A model generated the notes under the pieces. The model did no database searches. It saw nothing but the letters and a program-made list of their open reading frames with translations, and was not told where the DNA came from. Below, piece after piece: positions 27,341 to 36,400 of a DNA stretch of 64,000 nucleotides. Position 1 is the first letter of the stretch, and every line of letters begins with the position of its first letter. The position numbers were made by a program, and so were the translations under genes. This stretch comes from Amphiscolops sp. MND2022 (taxonomy: Eukaryota), in the NCBI GenBank assembly GCA_964187785.1, contig OZ076409.1, positions 93,374,001-93,438,000 of the forward strand, read 5' to 3'.

Positions 27341-29857
27341 AGAAAAAACACTGCGTCGGAAAAATCGGCAGTGTACTATGTACAAGTTAAAGATTTGGCA
27401 CCTGAATTTGTTTTTCACCTGAGTTTCTAGTGAGTGGGAATGCAGGCAGAGTTCGGCTGTGGTCGCATTATGTGTTTCGTGATATAGTTTGCGTTAAATG
27501 GCAGTTCTATTTTCATTTGTCATCGTATTCACATCGTTTTAAATTTATTCGGAGTTTTTGATGGTTTTTGTCACGGTGTTCATCATTATTATATCTCGTG
27601 CAAATGTAGGTAATTGGACAGCGCTTCGTGTGGACCTTTCATCTCACATTCATCACGTTTTCTTCAGTCGGCCGAGCGACGTCGTGAAAACTGTTTTTGT
27701 CATCGTTTTTACATCTTTCGGTGCGTCAGAAACATTGTATGTTGTTACATGTGGTTTTTCTACATATTTCATCATTTTTTTTTATCTTGCGTTTTGATGT
27801 CAGCACTCTCGTGCGTTATTTGCTATAGTTCATCGTTTTTGCATCGCAAGTTTGACTTGGCAAGTTTTTTTGCTCATTTTGCGGTATAGTTCATCTTCTT
27901 TTCATCGTGCGTTTGAATTGTACGAATTTTTGCGTGTTTTCGATGTTATTTGGCTATAACGTAAGCGGGGGTTGCATTTTTCATGTCCGGGGGAAATTTT
28001 TATTAATATTGCGGTGTTTCGGAGTGTTTTCTTCATGTATTTTAGCGTTATACGGTTATAACCGTTTGTCGTGTTTTTGAATTTGCATGAATTTTATGGT
28101 ACATGTGTTTTGATCATCGTCGTCATGTTTCTAATTTGTCAACTACGGAACGTCATTGCATGTATTTCTAGTTCGAATTCTGGTGACCGCCGCTTGCGTG
28201 GCAGTCGAAAATAATTTCACTCAGCAGTGGTACTGATAGCCTGTAGGCGTGCAAGGTACTAGTGGCTTCAGTCCAAAGCTGGGTGAGTGGAGCTGCTCCG
28301 CTCCTTTCAGATGAATGGAATCTCGTAGTTTCGGGCTATATATAGTCTATATGTCATTTTTGCGGTTGGTTGTTTGCCATTATGCGTCGAAATGGGTTTG
28401 TCCATTTGACGGTCAGTCCGATCAATTAATATGATTGACAACTACGGTTATGCATGTGTTCAGTTTTAGACTATCTGTTTCTTGTATTTGCATGTATGGA
28501 TTGTTACATGATGTGTTCTTTTAAATGGGTTGCCCCATTATTGACATGTCGTTATATGTTCGGTGTTAGTTTCATGTTTTTTAATTTGATATTATCATTT
28601 TCGTTCATTTGGACAGGGCTTTGTCGTCACAAAGCCCCTACAAAACTAACTGAGAATCCACTAGCCGCTGGATAACCAACGCAGCAAGCTTCATCCGAAA
28701 ATGGTTGTGAGCTCCCCGCCTCAACTAACCAGCACTCTTTTCAGAGAAATGCCAGCCAGCACGAAGGAATGTTTTTAGTTTTTCGATAGGGGTGTTTTGT
28801 ATGTTATGAGCTGATGTTTACTGGGGGGTGCTCATTCCTTTGTTAGTTTTGTAGGTGTTTCGTCAGTTCTTATATTTTGCATGTAAGTTAGTAGGCTTCA
28901 TGTGTTTTCGATTGTTTGTTTCATTTTTATTCGTCTAGGTTTGGATGGCTTTGGTGTGAATTGCATATATTATCTCATTCATGTTAAACGGTACATGTAT
29001 ATTTCCGTGTGTTGCTCATTTGTATTGCATGTAATTTGGAATTATCAATTTCTTTCGTGACGTCATTGATTTGGCAGGTCTTTGAACCGTACATGTATTG
29101 ATCATTTCATTTTTGTGTCGCATAATTCTGTTTGCATGATTCGAAATAAAGTCGGTTGTTTTTTATCGTTTCGTGGAGTTACATGTTGTTTGAGAAATAG
29201 CTGATTTTTTGTGATGTTATGTTGATGGTATTTCCCATCACAAGGAGGTTTTGGTAAGTCATTTAATATTTTCGAATTTCCATTTAGAATAAATTCATCG
29301 TTTTGACATCCTCCAGCGAAGCTAGAGTATTGTGTCAGGTTAACGATAAATTCGGTCACGATTTGATGGTAGTGTTCATCACAAATTCATCTCGTTAATT
29401 GATTTCATGTAATTTATGAATAATTGGATCGAGTTCATCGCTATTTCATCCTCTAGCCGAGCTAGAGTCTTATGATAGCATGAACGTGGGTGCGTTCGCA
29501 TTCTGATGGTATTTTCCATCTCAAATGCATCGCTAGTAAATATTGCATGTTGATTGGTCGAATTTTTGGCTGAGTTCATCACTTTTTCATCTCTCGTGTG
29601 TCTGAGCTAAATTTTCATGTGGTTTCATCCTTTTTTCATCTCAAATTTTTGTGTGTTGTTCTTTCTGGTTTTTTGATCGTTTTTCATCCGTTTTACATCG
29701 CGTTTTGTTTGTATGCGTTTTTCATGTGATCTTTAGTAACTTTTCATCCATTTTACATCTTCATGTGTTTTTTAAGTTAAAATTGCATGTAATTCGTTCG
29801 TTTTTGTGATTTGTTCATCCGTAACACATCTCAAATTTAAAATGAGACTTTTCTTGG

Positions 29858-32800
29858 CTAAATCGTTACGTCTATTTTGTTGGTCTTTCTCAGTGTGTTT
29901 CTAGCTGAAGTAATCTCATGAATGAGGAAGTCTGGATACTTTTTCGGTGTAGGGTTCTCACGTAACCTGTACCTACTTTGATTTGATCTAGACGGTCTAG
30001 AACTCATCCTTTCTTCATCTTCGTTTTGCGTGTTTGTCTGTTGTGACTGGTTTTCGTGTTGTTCGTCTGTCAGAGGTACTCTTATCCTACTCTCATCGCG
30101 GGGAGGCGGTAGAATAATTTCTTCTCGCGTTCCAAATCTAACTGTAGGTGGTCTAAAGTTGTTGTGGTCAGTTTCTACTTGTTGATATTCTATTCTCGTG
30201 GTTATTTCTGGTGGAAATACTTGTGGAACTATTTCTGCTGAAGGTTCATCTTCGCCTAAGTCTTGATCTAGATTGTCGTTCTCGTTCTGATCTACTTCGT
30301 TGGTTGTCGGAATATTCGAATCGAATATGTCCGTGTCTTCAACCCTTTCAGTGTCTGGGTAAAGATGTTTGGACACGTTGATGTCATCAATCGGAAATTC
30401 CGGTTTGAACAATCTCAGTCGCATGCGATGTACGCACTGAGTTTGGTGTGTGCCTACTTTGCGGATGATGTAGTTGCAATCGGATAGCACTTTAATCACC
30501 TTGTACGGTCCTTTCCAATGGACAGTTTTAAACTCTTCTTTGCTTCTCTGAGAGTCGTACTTAGGATCTAGTAGGAACACAAATTCATTCACCTTCAGTG
30601 GCTGAGCTCGTGCTTTTCTATCATAGTACGTTTTGTACTTGTGATAGGCGGAAATGATGTTATCTAGATTGTCTCTGAAGATAACATTCATTTTGTCTAG
30701 AATTTCGTTCACGTCCTTGCACTTTGTTTCAGCCGGTTTGTTTGCGTTTCGGAATTGCAGATCTAGTGAGTTGTATGGTGTTCTTCCGTGGAAAATTTCA
30801 GTTGGTGAACATTTCAATGAATCATGATACGTTGTGTTATGGGCCATGATTGCTATGTCGACATAGCGGTCCCATTGTGGTCTGTCTGCGTTTACACTAA
30901 TTTTAAGGATCTTTTTCAATTTCGCGTGCGTTCTCTCCACCATGCCTATTGTCTGCGCGTGCTTTATCGTGGCATGGGAGATGTGAATATCAGCCGCTTT
31001 CGCGATTTCAGACAGAAGTTCTGCCGTGAACGCCGTGCCCTTGTCCGTCAGAATGTGTTTGGGCACATACGCGTGTTTTGTGAAGATCGACAGTAATCCT
31101 CTGACTACGGAATGTGTATCAGGTCTCTTCAGCGGAACGGCGAACAGGTAGCGCGAAAAAACGTCAACAGCCGTCAGAATGTGTGTAAAACCGTTCGATG
31201 CCGGGAGTGGACCAACGATGTCTATTTCCAACAGGTCTTCTGGTCCGTCGCACGGGTCGTAGATTTTTTGTAACGGTGGACGTAGTTGCGTTTCTTTTAC
31301 ACTTTTAGACTTCATGCAGTTTTCGCATCCGTCAAGGACTTTTTGAACCTTACAGGCTAAGTTAGGAGAGTAATATCTTTTACGAAGTTCATACAACATT
31401 TTCTTTAAACCAGGGTGTCCTTGTACCGGGCTGTTATGTAGAGTCCTAATTATTTTCAAAATACAGTCTTCAGGAACGACTAACTGCTTGTGAGACTCTA
31501 GTCCCGTGTGATCAAAAAACTGTCTGTACAAGACACCGTTTACAACTTGTAGGCGTTTTCGATTTTTGTACAACTTTTGAAAAAACTGGTCTTGCATATT
31601 AACTGGGTGTTGCAAAATTTCAGTACCTTCTAAAAATCTAATCATTTTTTGGATAACCCAGTTGTTTTTCTGGACCTGGATTAGATCGATCCCCTCGGCG
31701 GGGCTAACCTGACTCATTACCGGGTGTGATAATGATACTTTACGGATGAATTGCGAGAGTTGAATCGGCTCGTCCACGTCTGTGAGGCGGTACGTCAGAT
31801 GGTTGTCAGTCGCGAAGTCATCTGAGGCCGCTGTTCTCTCACAGTTGGTGAACTTCATCCCTTTCCCATCGTCATGAGTCACGTCAGTGCCAGTTGCCAA
31901 TTTCATCTCTTTGACATCCTTCAGGCGTTTGCATCTGAGTGGTTCGCTCGCGGGAAAGTAATCAGGCTCGTCTTCCTCCTGTTTTGGTGTACGGGAGGCG
32001 ATGTCGATCTCGATTCTGTGAATTGGAATAGTATCAGTCAATTTTAAATGTACACGGTCTTCAGGTCTAATCTCAAGCCGAGATAAGTAATCCGCTGCGG
32101 GATTTTCAACTCCTGGGACATGTGCTAATAGAAAATTGAACTGAAGGGTTTGGTCGCAAAAATTCCAAAGTGAGGGCGGGATATGCTTCGCCTGGAAAAA
32201 TCTAGTCAAGGCCTTATTGTCGGTCATAACAATGATGGGTTTTTTCGCACCCCACAAAATGTGGCCAAATTTATCGAAGGCAAAGTGCATAGCTAAAAAC
32301 TCTTTGGCATACATTGTTAGAGACATCTGGCCGCCCTGAAATTTCTTAGAGCCAAATGCAACAGGGGCGTATGTATGTTTGACTGACGGGTCTGCATAAT
32401 CCTCGATTAACAACACATATCCGGCAGCGTGTTCGCTGGCGTCACACATGATTACCAATTGTTTATCTGGTAATGGCAATTTCAGAGACACTTTTGTTGC
32501 TTTTAACAAACTTTCATTAATTTCAAAAATAGCATCTTTATGTTGTTGGTTCAGCTTGAAAGGGACGTCTTTCTTGATGAGTTCCTGTAAACAACAAGTT
32601 TTATCAGCTAGACGGGGAATATAAGACCTGTAAAAGTTTACAAAACCAAGATAACGTTGCAACGCTTTCACTGAATTGGGGGGTTTCAACTTGGTTAAAT
32701 AGTCTGTTACGCGTTTTTCAATGGGAGCAATACCAGTGCTAGAAATGGTTTTTCCCAAGTACTCAATTTGTTTTTGTCCAAATTCACATTTACTCATGCT

Positions 32801-34933
32801 AAGTTTAAGACCAGCTTTGTGCAATTGTTGAAAAACAAGTTCAAGGTTAGTAATCAATTCTTCGGGTGAGTGTGCTGCACTTCCAATATCGTCAACATAT
32901 TGGGCACAGCGGTCCGCTTTGACCAAGGGGTCCAAATACTCACGGATTACTCCTGTGAATGCTGACAAAGAACGATTAAGACCTTGTGCTAGACGTAAAA
33001 ATGCAAAAGTTCTAGACCCAAAATTAAACGATAACAGTTGGACAGATTGCTCATCGGCCATTGGAATGCAATGGTAGGCCTGGGAACAATCAAGTTTGCA
33101 GAAGTACTTTTTCCCGGCCATGTGTTGGGCAGCGTCAGCAATTGTTGTTACGGGATGATTGTGCTCACCGTAATCGTTTTTGATCAGGTGGTTTATTCTT
33201 CTCAAGTCAACTAAAATCCTCAATTTACCATTAGGTTTACGCTGAGCAAATATCGGGGAGGAGTATTTGCTGTGAGGCAAAGTAGTTATAATCCCGTACT
33301 CTTGCATTAGAGCTAACTCCACGAGCAAATCGTCCTTCAAATTTGTCGGAGTCGGGAGACTTTGTGAATAAACAGGTTCTTCATGTTGAGGTGTTAACTT
33401 AACTTTAAAATCAGTGTTCATGCCAATATCAAAACGATGTCTAGCAAAAATGGAGTTGTACTTTACCAGCAACTCCTCTACCTGTAACCGTTGAGACGGA
33501 GTAAGAAGCGAGTCGTCCCAGTTGAAGTTCTTCAGGAAGTTCATCCGTTGTTCATCGGATTGGGACGGGTCAAGCTTCTCGAGCTCTCGCAGTGCCAGAA
33601 TCTCATCATAAATCCGTCGCTCAATTGCGTTGAGTTTGTCTGGCTCACTGCACGTCTCGGGAGTTGGGTACCACTTGGTTGACTTCATTTCAGGGTTCAC
33701 GAACAGTTGGTTGATCACTGCTTCGGCTTCATCTGGGTACTTGGTGATCAAGTTCAAGTGTTCCACTGGCATGGGCGTGATGTTTGCCGCCTGGTGTGGT
33801 GTCGGGATGCGAAAGTGTGCCAGAGTGGTGTTGGCTTCAAGTGTGTACGTGTGGTTGTTTGGGTTGGTGACCTGGATTGTCGTCTTGCCCTCGTCTAGGT
33901 CAACCAAAGCTGGAGAAACAAGCAAACACGTCTTTCGCATGAATCCAGGTGAGCCCTCAACTGTACCAGTTGTAAGTGAGATGTCCGCGTCACTGTGGAC
34001 CTGTATCATCACTTGATGGAGAGGAGGGATCACTGTTCTAGTACTGGAACACAAATCAATTAAACCAGTTTTGAATCTGTTGTTCTTTTGCTGTCTAACT
34101 TGCATGGACATCATGTGATTAGGGAAGTGGACAAGGTGGTTTTTGATGTCTAAGTTGACTGAGTACTTTTCAAAAAAGGACATTCCAATTAAAATTGTTC
34201 CCATTGTTGGAAGGATTAGGAACGTTTCTTCAAATACTTTTCCAGCAACGTAAAATCTAAGTAAGACTTGCTTACGCACTGGGACTAAGTTCCCGTTTGC
34301 TATTTGAATTTTGAAATTCGGAGGGGGGAATTCTTGAAGGATGGCTTCTGGATGAGCCGTTGTTATTTTTCGCAATTCGGCTTCAGACATTGCACTTTGT
34401 ATTGCGCCTGTGTCTAAAAGTGCGCTGTTTTCGTATTTGTCAAACTGAAGAGGGACGTAAAGCATTTTATCTTTTTTGTTTAAATGTAAAGTGGGACTGA
34501 GAACGTGAATTTCTGTTTTAATTGCATGTTTTTTAGCTTTTGAAACGTTAATACTACTCTGTTTTGCATGTTTTTTAATACTAAGCCGTTTGTCGATTGT
34601 TGAGTGTGAAGTCGAGTCGTCGTCTAGATGGTGGGTTTCCATCTCTTTGGCATCTTCCACCTGCCTCATGGTGTTTGGTTGCCAGTTCATCGTTTGTTCA
34701 TCGTTGATTTCAGCGAGTGGAGAAAAGCGGCTGCCGTTGAGTTGACGTGCATTTCTCATCGCTTTTTCATCGTTGGAAAGTCTTCGCTGATAGACGTCGT
34801 CAGCTTTTGGTCGTTTGTCCAGTGAAGGCTGCCATTTCTTCATTGGACGGTTGTGAGTCTGTTGTTGAGTCGTCAGTCGTTTGTCGCGCGTGTCGTTGGT
34901 AGCGGACGGAAATCGTGGCGGAATCAAAAACCC
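29858..34933 (-). CDS. pol: Pol polyprotein (aspartic protease, reverse transcriptase, RNase H, integrase)
   Basis: Uninterrupted ~1690-codon frame with LLDTGA; KLDCSQAY and YVDD; CDAS..TDN..ADYLSR; H..GHPG..CENC; IDIVG..TDKG..VERT. No ATG at its start; entered from gag in the -1 frame. Confidence 0.97.
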   Translation of the reverse strand, partial: GFLIPPRFPSATNDTRDKRLTTQQQTHNRPMKKWQPSLDKRPKADDVYQRRLSNDEKAMRNARQLNGSRFSPLAEINDEQTMNWQPNTMRQVEDAKEMETHHLDDDSTSHSTIDKRLSIKKHAKQSSINVSKAKKHAIKTEIHVLSPTLHLNKKDKMLYVPLQFDKYENSALLDTGAIQSAMSEAELRKITTAHPEAILQEFPPPNFKIQIANGNLVPVRKQVLLRFYVAGKVFEETFLILPTMGTILIGMSFFEKYSVNLDIKNHLVHFPNHMMSMQVRQQKNNRFKTGLIDLCSSTRTVIPPLHQVMIQVHSDADISLTTGTVEGSPGFMRKTCLLVSPALVDLDEGKTTIQVTNPNNHTYTLEANTTLAHFRIPTPHQAANITPMPVEHLNLITKYPDEAEAVINQLFVNPEMKSTKWYPTPETCSEPDKLNAIERRIYDEILALRELEKLDPSQSDEQRMNFLKNFNWDDSLLTPSQRLQVEELLVKYNSIFARHRFDIGMNTDFKVKLTPQHEEPVYSQSLPTPTNLKDDLLVELALMQEYGIITTLPHSKYSSPIFAQRKPNGKLRILVDLRRINHLIKNDYGEHNHPVTTIADAAQHMAGKKYFCKLDCSQAYHCIPMADEQSVQLLSFNFGSRTFAFLRLAQGLNRSLSAFTGVIREYLDPLVKADRCAQYVDDIGSAAHSPEELITNLELVFQQLHKAGLKLSMSKCEFGQKQIEYLGKTISSTGIAPIEKRVTDYLTKLKPPNSVKALQRYLGFVNFYRSYIPRLADKTCCLQELIKKDVPFKLNQQHKDAIFEINESLLKATKVSLKLPLPDKQLVIMCDASEHAAGYVLLIEDYADPSVKHTYAPVAFGSKKFQGGQMSLTMYAKEFLAMHFAFDKFGHILWGAKKPIIVMTDNKALTRFFQAKHIPPSLWNFCDQTLQFNFLLAHVPGVENPAADYLSRLEIRPEDRVHLKLTDTIPIHRIEIDIASRTPKQEEDEPDYFPASEPLRCKRLKDVKEMKLATGTDVTHDDGKGMKFTNCERTAASDDFATDNHLTYRLTDVDEPIQLSQFIRKVSLSHPVMSQVSPAEGIDLIQVQKNNWVIQKMIRFLEGTEILQHPVNMQDQFFQKLYKNRKRLQVVNGVLYRQFFDHTGLESHKQLVVPEDCILKIIRTLHNSPVQGHPGLKKMLYELRKRYYSPNLACKVQKVLDGCENCMKSKSVKETQLRPPLQKIYDPCDGPEDLLEIDIVGPLPASNGFTHILTAVDVFSRYLFAVPLKRPDTHSVVRGLLSIFTKHAYVPKHILTDKGTAFTAELLSEIAKAADIHISHATIKHAQTIGMVERTHAKLKKILKISVNADRPQWDRYVDIAIMAHNTTYHDSLKCSPTEIFHGRTPYNSLDLQFRNANKPAETKCKDVNEILDKMNVIFRDNLDNIISAYHKYKTYYDRKARAQPLKVNEFVFLLDPKYDSQRSKEEFKTVHWKGPYKVIKVLSDCNYIIRKVGTHQTQCVHRMRLRLFKPEFPIDDINVSKHLYPDTERVEDTDIFDSNIPTTNEVDQNENDNLDQDLGEDEPSAEIVPQVFPPEITTRIEYQQVETDHNNFRPPTVRFGTREEIILPPPRDESRIRVPLTDEQHENQSQQTNTQNEDEERMSSRPSRSNQSRYRLRENPTPKKYPDFLIHEITSARNTLRKTNKIDVTI

Positions 34934-36400
34934 TGATTTATGTCTTCATCAGAGTAGCTTTCTTGGTCTTCTTCTTCGGCAACTGCTTGCATAGGGTTCA
35001 TCGGCCTTTGTTGTCGTTTTAAATCTTGTCTTCTAGTTTTGTTGTCATCTTGTGAATTCGTTGCGTATGGAATCTTTCCATATGCAGAACTGCTTTCTTT
35101 AGGGACCCGTCGTCTGCAATCCCTTGCTGAGTGGCCTGTGTAACCGCAAATCTGGCAGACCAATTTTGGATTGTATTTCGGCTTATCTGGATCGGTTGCT
35201 TTCTTCATTGGGATTGCATCCTCCTTCTTTATGCCGTTCGCTTCGTCTCGTTGTCGGGCGCGACATTCCGTTTTGCGGTGTCCTGTCTTTCCGCAGTAGA
35301 AACATTGTCCCTCAAATCGTTTTCGTTCTGTCGGTTGCGTGGTCGTCGTTGTTGTTGTGGGCTTCGTCGTTGTAGTCGTAGGTGGTGCTGAGGAGGTGAC
35401 CGCGTTAAATGGTTGGATTGCCGTAGGTGGCGCGACGTACTGCTGGTACTGGTATTTTCGCATTAGGTAGGTTTGCCATAGTGAGCTCTTGTTGAATCTC
35501 GACTGGCAGTTTTCCAAACAGGAACATTTTGATTATTCTGTCGGCCTCATTGCCGAAGGCTTGTTTGGCAGTCTTCTTGAGATTTTTGAGGAAATCTCCG
35601 AATGTTTCTGTTGTGGGATCATAGCGTGCTTGGTCCCATTTGTAACGGGCCACTTCCTTTAGATCCTCTTTTGCAAATTCTTTTCTGAAGAGGTCGAGTA
35701 CATCCTTTAGTGTTGTCATTGGCGTTATCTGGATGGATTGCCAGTATTCTATTGCGTCATCTCTCAAAAGGCTTTGAAAGAAGTGTAGTTTGTTCTCCTC
35801 GGTGATTTTGTTGGCAAGCGGGCTAAGGTGGTTGAGGAGAAGGTGCTCAAATTCGACGAATTTGTCTTTTTGGCCTCTGAAATTTGGCACGTGTGTCTGC
35901 AGAAGCTTCGTGTTGGTGGTTGTGTTTTTGATCCGTTGGGGGATCGTCTCGATTGCATTGAGTAGTCGTTCCTCATTGCTTCTGGGGGTTGATTCTCCCT
36001 CTTCGTCTGAATCGTCTTCTTGGTAACTTCTGAAGTTGGTGAAGCTGGTTGTCGGGCGGGTGGAGCGGGTTTCTGTAGCTCCTGTCACCATGTCGAGCCC
36101 CACTGTGTGGGTCGGCTTTGAAGGACCTTTCGAAGTTGATTGTCGGTTTTCGGTGTCTGCCTTACTTATGACAGCCATCATTAAGTCCTTCAGTTGACTA
36201 AACTCATTTTGTAACTCGTTTATCTTTCTCTCGTAACTCTCTTTTATTTCAGACAATTGAGACGAGATATCAGAAGTTTCGTTACTATCGGAGTCATTGG
36301 CAGAGGACTGAGCCATGTCTGGATCCGTTGAAACAGGTGTTTCTGACGAGGAACTAATAATTCTTCCGCTTCTGAGTTCAGTGCCTAGATCTGGGTTCAT
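34924..36400 (-). CDS. gag: Gag, split into two frames near 35471
   Basis: ORF 36400-35405 has a coiled coil and a capsid-like region (VPNFRG..KLHFFQSLLRDDAIEYW). ORF 35517-34924 has CFYCGKTGHRKTEC and CQICGYTGHSARDC knuckles. A +1 frame change is needed at ..MAN/TYLMRKY.. Confidence 0.9.
34927..34933 (-). other. -1 ribosomal frameshift slippery heptamer G GGU UUU
   Basis: Gag reads CAG GGT TTT TGA; pol reads GGG TTT TTG ATT, one base upstream. Confidence 0.8.
36073..36090 (-). other. Primer binding site
   Basis: Minus strand TGGTGACAGGAGCTACAG directly follows the terminal CA of the 5' LTR. Priming tRNA is not resolved (resembles Leu or Trp 3' ends). Confidence 0.8.

Noticed and set aside
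28200..28320. Hammerhead ribozyme
   Set aside because: CTGATAG and GAAA are present but do not match the CUGANGA..GAAA core in a valid stem arrangement.
21345..29857. Antisense gene as an independent nested hAT transposon or host gene insertion
   Set aside because: I found no TIR pair or 8-bp TSD around it, and its introns share the GATG-N7-GATG motif with the LTRs and pol. Not fully excluded without other copies.
21345..29857. env gene downstream of pol
   Set aside because: No long minus-strand ORF, signal peptide or transmembrane pattern; coding signal is on the opposite strand.
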